Part shown: piece by piece, positions 55,482-64,000 of the stretch | How the letters are laid out: every line of letters begins with the position of its first letter | How positions within the stretch are numbered: position 1 is the first letter of the stretch | Source: Clostridia bacterium | GTDB taxonomy: Bacteria; Bacillota; SHA-98; UBA4971 | Assembly (NCBI GenBank): GCA_050261175.1 | Contig: JBLNDA010000100.1 | Coordinates: forward strand, 1,858-65,857 | Length of the DNA: 64,000 nucleotides | Reading direction: 5' to 3' | Notes under the pieces: model-generated | Seen by the model: the letters and a program-made list of their open reading frames with translations, nothing else | Told to the model about the DNA's origin: nothing | Databases searched by the model: none | Translations under genes and position numbers: made by a program

Positions 55482-55872
55482 AGTGTAGAGCGCGGATGCA
55501 TATCCGGTCGCATAGCGCGTCTGGTTGCGGCTGCCAGGTGCCAGGCGGGGAATCCGTCATCGAGCTGCGTGGGCTCCTGTCACGGGCTACCGCCGTCTCT
55601 TGCCCCTCCCGCCGTCTCCCGGCGCGTGCGCGGACCGGACGCCTCAGGTTTCGCTCCCGCGGCGGCCTGCCCCGCGTCTCCCCGCTCGACTCACTGCCGG
55701 GCGTCGACCTGAGGCGGTGCTGCGGGGGTCAACGGAGGCGTGCCGCTTGACCCGACAGGGGGCACCGGCAGATACGTGCACTTCCAGGGCAGGATTCGCG
55801 CAGCAGAAGAGGAAATTGTTGAATGAAGTCGAAAGAGGACCTGATAGCGGTCGAACGGTTGGAGGCGGAGAG

Positions 55873-57774
55873 TTGAGACCCGCACGTCCCCGCAAGAACT
55901 GGCCATTTCCGCTCATCCTCGTCGTGCTCGTCGTGGCGGGGTGCGTCACGCTGCCCACGCGTGCGCGAGCCGGCGCACCCACGGCGATGCCGCAGGCCGG
56001 CGAGGAGAAGCCCGCGCGCATCCTCGCAGTGAACTACGCTGAGGTCGAGGGGCGCGGCACGGTCACGGTGTCGCTGGCAGGCCCGGGAAAGGCGGCGTGG
56101 AAGTCCTTCCTCCTGAGAGACCCGGCACGACTCGTCGTCGACATCGAGGGAGCCGTGCTTCCGTCGCGCCCCGAGCCCCTTCCGGTGGGCGACGGCATAG
56201 TCGACAAGGTGAGGATCGCCCAGTTCAGCTCGGACGTCGTGCGGCTCGTTCTCGACCTGTACCAGGAATCCGCATACACGGTGACCCAGCCTGAAGAGAA
56301 TCCCCACGAAATCGTCATCGCGTTTCCCCAGCGTGTGACGGGGCTGGAGTTCCACGAGGTGGACGGCCGTGCTGAGGCGGTAGTCAGAGGCACTGGCAAG
56401 CTCAAGTACAAGACGTCCGTCCTCATCGATCCTCCCAGGATCGTCGTGGACCTCCCCGGGACGGTCCTGGTCGGCAACCCCGGTCCAATGCCCGTGTCCC
56501 ACGCGATAGCGAGACAGATCCGGGCAAGCCAGCACTCACCGGACACCGTACGGGTGGTCGTGGACCTTGCCAGGGAGACGACCTACTCTGTGTTCACCTC
56601 ATCGGACAGGCCGGGCGAAGTTGTGGTGGATTTCGGCCACCGCATCCTGGGCGCGGCCTTCACGACGCACCTCAAGTCCACGCGCGTGAGCGTGAAATCC
56701 ACCGGCCTCCCGCCGGCGAAGGTCACGCGCCTCACCGAACCGCACAGGCTTGTAATGGACTTTGAAGACTCCGTGCTTGACGCGCCTGAATGTGCCGTCG
56801 AAGTGGGGGACGGCACCATTGAAAGGATCCGCCTCGCCCAATTCGGGCCCATGACGGTGAGGGTCGTCGTGGACCTTCCATATTACGTCGGCCACTCTGA
56901 GCTGCCCAGGGCACTCGGGCCCGACGGATCGTTGGGCGAAACCGCCGTCGAGATTACTCGGTCGCCACTCTACAAGAAAACGATAGTAGTGGACCCGGGG
57001 CACGGCGGCAGCGACCCCGGGGCGGTCGGAGCGACGGGATTGCAAGAGAAGGCCGTGACACTTGACATCTCGAAGCGCGTCGCGGCCATGTTGGGCGAAG
57101 CGGGGGCCAAGGCCGTGCTCACACGCACCGATGACGTGAGCGCGTTCCTGCCCGAGCGCGTGAAGGTCGCCGCTGAGGCGCGAGCGGACGTCTTCGTCAG
57201 CGTGCATGCGAATGCGGGAAAGACTGAAACGTCGTCAGGCACGGAGACGCTGTTCTGCTCCAGCGTTCCGATGAACCGACGGCTGGCAGAGCATGTCCAG
57301 GCGAGCCTCGTGAGAGAAATAGGCCTTCCGGATCGCGGGATACGCGAGAGGCCGGACCTCTACGTCATCCGAGAGGCGAAAATGCCTTCATGCCTTGTGG
57401 AAGTACTCTTCATGTCGAATCTCGCCGAGGAGCTGCTCCTCATGGACCCCTCTTTCCGGGATAGAGCGGCCCGGGGAATCACGAAAGGCATCTGGAGCTA
57501 CTTTGAGTGGCGCTTGGAGGCCGCAGGGGCCGAAGGAGCGGGAACCGAGCCCGGTGCAGCGAGGGAAACCGGGGCCAAGGCCGCGACGGACACCACGGCA
57601 ACGGACGGCCCGCCGGGGCACGAGACCGGGGCCGAGGTCGATGTTGGAACCGGCGTCATTCCCGCGACCGGGGCTGAAGGCGGAACCGGGCCCGGACCTC
57701 AAGCCGGGAACGGGGCTCAGACCGGGACCGGCGCTCCGGCGGGGCCAGCGACTGACACGGGGCCACATCCATAG
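55873..57774 (+). CDS. N-acetylmuramoyl-L-alanine amidase (Amidase_3) with three N-terminal AMIN domains
   Basis: Three ~90-aa repeats each end in (R/T)VRVVVDL or VRLVLDL, after PxRLVVD/IVVD/LVMD. The amidase core is VVDPGHGGSDPGA...FVSVHAN...VEVLFMSN. TTG start at 55873 after GGAGG precedes a signal-like segment. The Gly/Thr/Ala/Pro-rich tail is low complexity. Confidence 0.8.
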   Translation: MRPARPRKNWPFPLILVVLVVAGCVTLPTRARAGAPTAMPQAGEEKPARILAVNYAEVEGRGTVTVSLAGPGKAAWKSFLLRDPARLVVDIEGAVLPSRPEPLPVGDGIVDKVRIAQFSSDVVRLVLDLYQESAYTVTQPEENPHEIVIAFPQRVTGLEFHEVDGRAEAVVRGTGKLKYKTSVLIDPPRIVVDLPGTVLVGNPGPMPVSHAIARQIRASQHSPDTVRVVVDLARETTYSVFTSSDRPGEVVVDFGHRILGAAFTTHLKSTRVSVKSTGLPPAKVTRLTEPHRLVMDFEDSVLDAPECAVEVGDGTIERIRLAQFGPMTVRVVVDLPYYVGHSELPRALGPDGSLGETAVEITRSPLYKKTIVVDPGHGGSDPGAVGATGLQEKAVTLDISKRVAAMLGEAGAKAVLTRTDDVSAFLPERVKVAAEARADVFVSVHANAGKTETSSGTETLFCSSVPMNRRLAEHVQASLVREIGLPDRGIRERPDLYVIREAKMPSCLVEVLFMSNLAEELLLMDPSFRDRAARGITKGIWSYFEWRLEAAGAEGAGTEPGAARETGAKAATDTTATDGPPGHETGAEVDVGTGVIPATGAEGGTGPGPQAGNGAQTGTGAPAGPATDTGPHP

Positions 57775-57951
57775 CTGGAGCCCGGGATGGGCGCTCGGAA
57801 GCGATCGTGAAGGCAGGCAGGCGCGTCCTGGCTTGCGGCAGCGCGCGGCGATGGCCTGCCGTCGGGGATGAACCCGGGCGGCGAGGTGTGGAAGTCCTGG
57901 ACGGGACGCCCGCGTCCTCCCGCGAGCGGCGGGGCGGGCGCTCGGCGGGCT

Positions 57952-59151
57952 CTACCTGTATGAGGACACGACCAGCTCGGCGTAGAGGTCTTTGGTTCGA
58001 AGGGCGATGGCGTCCCAGCTGAAATGGGCCTCCACGCGTTTTCGACCCGCGGCGCCGAAGGACCGGGCGAGGTCACGGTTACGGAGCAGTACGTTGATAG
58101 CCCGGGCAAGCGCCTGGGAGTCGCCAGGCTCAACCAGGAACCCCGTCTCCCCGTCCACTACGACCTCGGGTATGCCACCTACGGCTGACGCCACCACGGG
58201 AGTCTCGCACGCCATGGCCTCGAGGTTGATTATGCCGAACGGCTCATAGATGGACGGACAGCAGAACACGCTGGCGTTCGAGTACAGCTCGAGGACCTTG
58301 CGCTTTGGAACCATCCCCCGGATCAGCACGACATTGGGCCTGCCCGCCGTCCGCTCCACAACCTCACGCTCCAGCTCTTCAGTGTCGGGCGCGCCCGCGC
58401 ACAGCACGACCTGAACGTCCTCGGGCAAGTATGGAACGGCGTCGAGAAGGTGGATTATCCCCTTCTGTCTGCTCATCCGTCCCACGAAGAGCACGTAGTT
58501 GTCGCCTATGCCGTACTCGCGGCGCGCGTCGTTCGTGTGGACCGGTTTGTACTCGTCGAGGTCGATGCCGTTGTGGATGACCCGGATGCGGTCCTCTGGA
58601 ATGGTGTAGCACTTGAGGATGTCGTTTTTCATCCCCTCCGAGACCGCGACCACCCTGTCCGACGCCAGCACGCCGGTGCGTTCCATCCACCGACTGAGCT
58701 TGTATGCCGGGCCGAGCTGCTCCTCTTTCCACGGACGGAGCGGCTCGAGGCTGTGGATGGTGGTGACGAGCGGCTTCCCGTACAGCTCCTTCGCATAGAA
58801 CCCCGCCATGAACGTGTACCAGGTGTGACAGTGGACCACATCGGAAGTGACCGGGTCTTTCACCATGGCGAGGTCGGTCGACAGTGGCAAGAGCGCCTTC
58901 GCGCAGCGTTGGTCGCCGCCCGTCGCCATCAGCTCCCAGGACGCATAAGCCCGCACTGTCAGACCCTCCGGCCCTGAGCGCTCATCCCCGAAGCACCTGA
59001 CCTCCACGTTCATCATCTTCGCCAGCGCCCGCGACAGATAGTCCACGTGGACCCCGGCGCCGCCGTACACATTCGGCGGGTATTCGTTCGTCATCATCGT
59101 CACGGACAGCCGCCTCTCCATCGCACCAACCGGCCTCCTCATCGCTTGCAC
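57952..59151 (-). CDS. GT4 glycosyltransferase of the 'Corynebacterium-type glycogen synthase' / GlgM (maltose-1-phosphate synthase) kind
   Basis: MTNEYPPNVYGGAGVHVDYL at the N-terminus and CCPSIYEPFGIINLEAMACETPVVASAVGGIPEVV (a GT-B EX7E region). The start may be the internal Met at ~59121. The subfamily call is from memory. Confidence 0.65.
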   Translation of the reverse strand: MQAMRRPVGAMERRLSVTMMTNEYPPNVYGGAGVHVDYLSRALAKMMNVEVRCFGDERSGPEGLTVRAYASWELMATGGDQRCAKALLPLSTDLAMVKDPVTSDVVHCHTWYTFMAGFYAKELYGKPLVTTIHSLEPLRPWKEEQLGPAYKLSRWMERTGVLASDRVVAVSEGMKNDILKCYTIPEDRIRVIHNGIDLDEYKPVHTNDARREYGIGDNYVLFVGRMSRQKGIIHLLDAVPYLPEDVQVVLCAGAPDTEELEREVVERTAGRPNVVLIRGMVPKRKVLELYSNASVFCCPSIYEPFGIINLEAMACETPVVASAVGGIPEVVVDGETGFLVEPGDSQALARAINVLLRNRDLARSFGAAGRKRVEAHFSWDAIALRTKDLYAELVVSSYR

Positions 59152-59196
59152 TCGGACCCCGCTGAGCGGAATGTCCAGACCTCGCGTGTGCCTGCG

Positions 59197-60897
59197 TCAC
59201 GGCCAACCGACGAGGCCGCCGAGTTCCTCCATGCAATCCAGGACTCCCGCGAGGGGGATCTCCACCCATGTGGGACGGTTCCAGAGCTCGTATCTCACCT
59301 CATAGAGGGCTTTCTCCAGCTTGAAGGACGTGAGCAACAGCCTGAAATCTTCGTCGTCCTCGGGCACGAGGTCCGGGGCGTAGAGCCGTATCCTCTGCAG
59401 GTAGCCCGCGAGGAATGCCGCTCCCGCTCGTCTGCCCCAAACCCTCGCCCTCTCGAAGAGGTCGTGCTCGGTCTCTCCTCCTCCGGCGCGCGCCGGCCCG
59501 GCAGACGCACCGCCGCCGCATTCCGCGCCGTTCCCCTCCGGTGCGAGAACCGCCGAGTAAGCCACGTAATCGAACGACCTCTGCATCCCCGCCACATCGC
59601 GCAAGGGGCTCGCCCTCCGTCGCCTCTCCTCGGAAGGGCGCAGAGGCTCCCCTTCGAAGTCTATCACTACGAAATCCTCGCCGCCGACCCCGGCTTCCCC
59701 GGCAATCGCCAGAACCTGGCCGAGGTGCAGGTCGCCGTGGATCCGGATCTTCTTGCCCAGGTCTCGAGAGGATTCGAGGCCGCGACAAGCCCGCTTCACC
59801 AGCGCCATGAGGTCGTCACCTCGCCGCGCCACATCGCGGATCATCCGGATGTAGGGCGGCTCGTAGCGTCCCTCGGCCTGCCGGAGTGCTTCCAGGGACT
59901 CACTCACCGACCCTCCGAGACTCCGCTCAAGGACGAGGACGTCTCCAGAGGTCAGGTCCACGGGACGAAACGCGTCATCGTCCACGCGAGCGGAAGCGGA
60001 GTGAAGCTCGGCAGTTATCTCACCGAGACGGACCGCACGCCCTTCCTTGCGGCCCGCCCCCTCCGCTTCCCCGCCGCGAACGAAGGCGGCGGCGTCGGCG
60101 AGGAAGGTCCGCCACGCTTCACCATGGTTGGGCACGAATTGCTGCACCAAGAGGATGGGGAAGGACGCCCCATCGCGCGTCCTGTACACCGCGTAGCCCG
60201 TTGCGGCGGGCATGTGGCCAAAGCCCGCCTTGGTCAGCCCCACGCTCATCTCGAGGTCCGGGGACATGCCCCGGACCATCTTACGATACACCTTCATGAT
60301 CCATGCGGAATCCACGGTAACGAGCGTGTTCGTGGAAGTGTCCGGCAGCCTCGTCGCTGCACGCACCGCACCCGGCACGCCCGGACGGGCGCCGTGAAAC
60401 TCGAACACGCCCTCCGCAGCGGCCACCACGGTACCTCCCCCGACACCCTCCAACGCCGCCCTCGCAAACATTGTGGTTTCAGTGGCATCGTACACGAACG
60501 CCTCGTAGCCTGGACCCTCAATCCGGGCGAGCGGCTCGCTCCCCGTCTCCACGCGTCGCATCGCGACAACCAAAGGCACGTTGTAAAGGTCCGAAAGCTC
60601 CTCAGCCGCCCCGTCTCGCGCGCGAAAGACGACTTCGAGCACTGTGAGGACGCACAGCGCGGCCTCATCCCTGGCAAGCGTCCCGAGATCGCGCACCTTC
60701 ACCCGGCTGATGGGGATGTCTTTCCGCTGAAGCCACCTTGCGCCCGCAAGCCATTCGGAAGCGGCGCGCTCTACAACGGTGTAGAGGTCTGCCGCAACAT
60801 CCTCGAAGCCTCTCTCCGTCACGTAAACATCTGGCACTCTCTCGTCCTCCATGACCGCGCCGCCGCGCCGTCGAGCGCTCATCCCGGCGTGATGCAC
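59197..60897 (-). CDS. mak: maltokinase (Mak/Pep2-type aminoglycoside-phosphotransferase fold)
   Basis: The catalytic-loop motif IRIHGDLHLGQVL and the downstream VVIDFEGEP match maltokinases. An N-terminal cap-domain-length region is present. The start could be the internal Met at 60852. Confidence 0.65.
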   Translation of the reverse strand: MHHAGMSARRRGGAVMEDERVPDVYVTERGFEDVAADLYTVVERAASEWLAGARWLQRKDIPISRVKVRDLGTLARDEAALCVLTVLEVVFRARDGAAEELSDLYNVPLVVAMRRVETGSEPLARIEGPGYEAFVYDATETTMFARAALEGVGGGTVVAAAEGVFEFHGARPGVPGAVRAATRLPDTSTNTLVTVDSAWIMKVYRKMVRGMSPDLEMSVGLTKAGFGHMPAATGYAVYRTRDGASFPILLVQQFVPNHGEAWRTFLADAAAFVRGGEAEGAGRKEGRAVRLGEITAELHSASARVDDDAFRPVDLTSGDVLVLERSLGGSVSESLEALRQAEGRYEPPYIRMIRDVARRGDDLMALVKRACRGLESSRDLGKKIRIHGDLHLGQVLAIAGEAGVGGEDFVVIDFEGEPLRPSEERRRRASPLRDVAGMQRSFDYVAYSAVLAPEGNGAECGGGASAGPARAGGGETEHDLFERARVWGRRAGAAFLAGYLQRIRLYAPDLVPEDDEDFRLLLTSFKLEKALYEVRYELWNRPTWVEIPLAGVLDCMEELGGLVGWP

Positions 60898-60987
60898 CGC
60901 AGGACGCCGGGGGCATCCTTGCGACCGTGCTTAGTATACCCCCGGCGAGGGCGGTCCTGTGCGGGACCCGCACCGGGATCGCTGGGA

Positions 60988-62142
60988 TCAAACCATCGCC
61001 ACCCGCACAAGCGCGTAATCCCGCGTCCCGAGCCCGATCCGCTCGGCGTGCCTCAGCTGTACGGTCCAGTCCACATCTGGATAGAGAGCAGCGAGCTTGT
61101 CCGCGTGACAATCGGCGTGGTCGGAGCGGTCAATGGCCGACCCTGGGAGAACCTCGGCACGGTTCACCAAATCGGCCGAGGCGGCGTCGATGGCGACGGG
61201 GTCGCATGAGGCCAGGATGCCCACGTTCGGCACGATAGGAACGTCGTTCCACGCGTAGCAGTCGCACTGGGGCGAGACGTTCATGACGAAGTTCATGAAG
61301 CCGCACTTGCCCCCCTTGGTTTTCACGACCCCCAGTGCGTACTCCGCCATCTTCTCCTGGAGGCTTCCCTCCTGGCCTTCCTCCCACTGCACTTTGATGG
61401 CTCTGTTGTTGCACGTTATCGTGCACTCAGCACAGCCGATGCATCGCTCCGGATCTATCCGTGCCTTTCTGTCCTCGCCTATCGAAAGAGCCTCGGCGGG
61501 ACACCACCTGACGCACCTCGCGCACCCAGTGCATTTCTCGAGACGCACCGCCGGCTTGAGGTTCGAGTGTTGTTCCTGCTTGCCGCTGCGGCTCGCGGAA
61601 CCCATTCCCACGTTCTTGATGGCCCCCCCGAAGCCGGTGGCTTCATGGCCCTTGAAATGCGACAGGGCTATCATGGCGTCCGCCTGGGCTATGGCCGCCC
61701 CTATGCGGACTTCTTTGAGGCGCACGCCATCGATGGGCACTTTCACGTGCTCGTGGCCGGTCAGACCGTCAGCCACGATGAACGGTGCGCCCACAGTTGC
61801 GTACGTGAAGCCGTTCTCCAGCGCGGATACGGTGTGATCCACAGCGTTCGACCGTCTGCCCACGTACAGTGTGTTCGAATCGGTAAGGAACGGGCGCGCG
61901 CCCGCTGCCTTTATCTTGTCGACAACCTTTCTCACAAGTGGGGGCGGGATGTACGCAATGTTGCCCGGCTCGCCCACGTGCAGCTTGATTGCCACGAGCT
62001 CGTCCTTTCCGAAGAGCTCCGTGAACCCCGCCGCGTCGAACAGCAAGCCGACCTTGTCAACCAGGGAAAGGCCGCTCTTCGTGCGCATGTTGGTGACGTA
62101 TACGTTGCTTGCCACTTTGCTCCTCCTTTCGGGCATACTCAA
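60988..62142 (-). CDS. DUF362 domain protein with a 2x[4Fe-4S] ferredoxin insert
   Basis: VAIKLHVGEPGN...SHFKGHEATGFGGAIKNVGMG is the DUF362 part. The two cluster motifs are CTGCARCVRWCP and CIGCAECTITC. Confidence 0.75.
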   Translation of the reverse strand: MSMPERRSKVASNVYVTNMRTKSGLSLVDKVGLLFDAAGFTELFGKDELVAIKLHVGEPGNIAYIPPPLVRKVVDKIKAAGARPFLTDSNTLYVGRRSNAVDHTVSALENGFTYATVGAPFIVADGLTGHEHVKVPIDGVRLKEVRIGAAIAQADAMIALSHFKGHEATGFGGAIKNVGMGSASRSGKQEQHSNLKPAVRLEKCTGCARCVRWCPAEALSIGEDRKARIDPERCIGCAECTITCNNRAIKVQWEEGQEGSLQEKMAEYALGVVKTKGGKCGFMNFVMNVSPQCDCYAWNDVPIVPNVGILASCDPVAIDAASADLVNRAEVLPGSAIDRSDHADCHADKLAALYPDVDWTVQLRHAERIGLGTRDYALVRVAMV

Positions 62143-62244
62143 CGGGAGCGGCCGCCGCGAACCACGACCCGCGCCGCTCCCGAGTTTGCCGTCACGCGCG
62201 GCTCGAAGGGAGTAGGCAGGCCCTGGGCGGGCCCTGAGTGGGCG

Positions 62245-62832
62245 TCAGCACGCGGCAATGCTCTCAGGCTTCTTCCCGTACCTCAACCAGGCCATCACTT
62301 GCTTTGCCCCGAGGAGGACGCCCATGCCGAACCCAAAGCCGAAATACGCCCACGACTGTTCGTATATTCCGAGGAAAACCGGCAGCGACATGCAACCGAA
62401 CAGGGAGCTCGCGTACTTGTGTCTCGTAAGTACGTACGAGGCGCCCCATAGTGCGAGAAGATAGAACACGGAAGCCGCCGACAGCACGAGCAGGCTTCCG
62501 ATGCACGTCGCGAGGCCTCCCCCTCCGTGGAATCCAAGCCAGATCGGCCAGTTGTGGCCGACGACAGCGAGCAGGCCGGCTGCAAACGTCACCCAGGACA
62601 ACTCGGGTGCCGTGGCTCTCGCGATGAGCACGGCCACGACTCCCTTGCCGCAGTCGCCCACAGCGGCGAGCAGGCCGGGAATGAGGCCGGCGGATTTGAG
62701 CACGTTGGTCGTGCCTACGTTCCTCGACCCCACCTTTCTCAGATCGATCTTCTTGAACACCATCGCGGCGAGGTAAGAGAAGGGGATCGATCCTATGACG
62801 TAGCTCAGAACAGCAATGGCGACCGCCTTCAC
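62245..62832 (-). CDS. plsY: glycerol-3-phosphate acyltransferase (acyl-phosphate dependent)
   Basis: YVIGSIPFSYL, GSRNVGTTNV and VVGHNWPIWLGFHGGGG. GTG start at 62830-62832, after GGAGGTGA. Confidence 0.85.
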   Translation of the reverse strand: MKAVAIAVLSYVIGSIPFSYLAAMVFKKIDLRKVGSRNVGTTNVLKSAGLIPGLLAAVGDCGKGVVAVLIARATAPELSWVTFAAGLLAVVGHNWPIWLGFHGGGGLATCIGSLLVLSAASVFYLLALWGASYVLTRHKYASSLFGCMSLPVFLGIYEQSWAYFGFGFGMGVLLGAKQVMAWLRYGKKPESIAAC

Positions 62833-63019
62833 AACCCGTTCACCTCCGGGACCGGCGCGAGCCACGTACCAGTCCCACATCACATTTTGGTTTTTCGTCA
62901 CCTGATTTCGTTTTCCTGCTTTGCCAGCCGCCCCTCCGCACCTTGGCGCATCGTCCCGCTCCGGTCCACCTCCGTTCCGCCGACCCCACTCGTGCCGTCA
63001 TCGCGGTTTCATCGCCGCT

Positions 63020-63979
63020 TCAACCTGGGCGCTCGAGGGTGACGGCCAGCGCGTCCAAGACGTTCGTCATCTTGTTGTAGAGGGTGGACTTGTCGGAGCC
63101 GGCGAAGAGGAGGCCGACCGCACGCATGTTTGCGTCCACCAGAACCGAGCCGGAGTCGCCTCCCTCGCCCATCGGGCCGGTCACTATCTGGTCCCGGAAA
63201 GTCGCGGTTACGTTGCCCGTATACACAACTCTTACGGTCGTATCGACCGAGGTTATCTCGCCCGTGGTCACGCCGGTGGTCCTCCCGCTCTTCCTCACCG
63301 GCATGCCAAGTTCGGGATGGGCTACTCCCCGCAACTCACCGAGTTCAAGGATGAGCGGTTCGACGCAGCTCCGGTGGAGCGGCCGGGCCAGCGCAGCGTC
63401 CACGGTGTTCACGGCAAAGGGAGAGTACGTCGTGACTATCTCCACTCTAGCGGCAGCCCCGATAGCCCGCAGCCAGCTGTTGAAGGCCCTTTCGGCCGCC
63501 CTCGAGGCAAGGCATGCGGGCATCCTCCCCGACATGTGGATCGGAACGAACCTGTCGAGAAGGGCGATCTCGTCACGCTCGACGGCCCCACCGTCGGCCG
63601 CACCAGGCTGGACGATGGGATCGCCCACCTTTGCTTTGCCGTCCCGGCCCGAGGTGGCGTTGGCGAGAACGTGGTTGCAGGACAAGATGAAGGGCTCCCC
63701 AGTTTTCCTATCCCACACCATCGCGCCGAACGTGCCTGCGGTGACCTGGTAGTGGCCGATGCTCACACCAGGCCGCGCGGGGCGCATCCGCGCTTGTCTG
63801 CTGGGCCGTTCAGTCCAGGCAGGTGCTTCGGTCGCTGGGTCGCGGGCGCGTTCCGTGCCCCTTTCGAGGAACCGTATCTCCCCGACCTCCACCACATCGG
63901 TGGGAACCCCGCGCACCTCGGCGGGAGCCATCGCCTGAATCTCGAGAACCCCCTTGGGCAACTTCTTCTTCACGAGCAC
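63020..63979 (-). CDS. chymotrypsin-fold (PA clan, S1-like) serine protease
   Basis: The catalytic triad contexts are SCNHVLA (His), VDAALA (Asp) and GEGGDSGSVLV (Ser). No clear signal peptide. Subfamily not recognised. Confidence 0.6.
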   Translation of the reverse strand: MLVKKKLPKGVLEIQAMAPAEVRGVPTDVVEVGEIRFLERGTERARDPATEAPAWTERPSRQARMRPARPGVSIGHYQVTAGTFGAMVWDRKTGEPFILSCNHVLANATSGRDGKAKVGDPIVQPGAADGGAVERDEIALLDRFVPIHMSGRMPACLASRAAERAFNSWLRAIGAAARVEIVTTYSPFAVNTVDAALARPLHRSCVEPLILELGELRGVAHPELGMPVRKSGRTTGVTTGEITSVDTTVRVVYTGNVTATFRDQIVTGPMGEGGDSGSVLVDANMRAVGLLFAGSDKSTLYNKMTNVLDALAVTLERPG

Positions 63980-64000
63980 GACAATACACTCAGTGGAGCC

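Noticed and set aside
55482-55872. c-di-AMP (ydaO-type) riboswitch upstream of the cell-wall amidase. GGGGAAUCC and ACCCGACAG resemble parts of the motif.
   Set aside because: The hallmark CAGCUAACCUCGUAAGCG-type segment and the pseudo-twofold arrangement are absent. The resemblance is limited to short GC-rich words.

Overview
High-GC bacterial chromosome segment from an endospore-forming, Firmicutes-type organism; the taxon cannot be fixed from sequence alone. I support about 57 protein genes, 2 tRNAs, 1 T-box riboswitch, and several promoter, terminator and repeat elements. Gene order matches the Bacillus/Clostridium sporulation neighbourhood: ispH-plsC-cmk, scpA-scpB, dacF-spoIIAA-spoIIAB-sigF, spoVAC-AD-AEb-AEa, lysA, xerD-spoIIM, rph-rdgB-murI. 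Nearly everything is on the minus strand and tightly packed. Most long plus-strand ORFs in the track are antisense artefacts of high GC. The exception is a ~13 kb plus-strand carbohydrate island (27.4-40.0 kb) holding GH116, LacI, a sugar ABC importer, a 959-aa GH94-clan phosphorylase, a secreted GH81 endo-beta-1,3-glucanase and a cupin protein. It sits between a decayed partner-switching locus (frameshifted PP2C stub, intact STAS gene, truncated DUF342 gene) and the 3' end of tRNA-Arg(TCT). From 40.5 to 52.3 kb there is more accessory content: an amino-acid ABC transporter (binding protein and permease, no ATPase) behind an unusually long T-box leader, GH57, GH13 and GH1 enzymes, and a secreted 5'-nucleotidase, ending at tRNA-Pro(TGG). 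Items most worth follow-up: (1) a split three-gene BcrAD/BadFG-type activase plus two DUF2229 paralogs wedged between the spoVA operon and lysA; (2) the ~650-nt T-box leader whose specifier and discriminator readout both point to tRNA-His; (3) the beta-1,3-glucan island and its insertion scars; (4) periplasm-type features (SBPs without a lipobox cysteine, a triple-AMIN amidase) in a spore-former; (5) a GlgM-like GT4 and maltokinase pair. No CRISPR array, transposase, integrase or recognisable defence system was seen. All family calls come from motif recognition by eye; no database search or computation was run.
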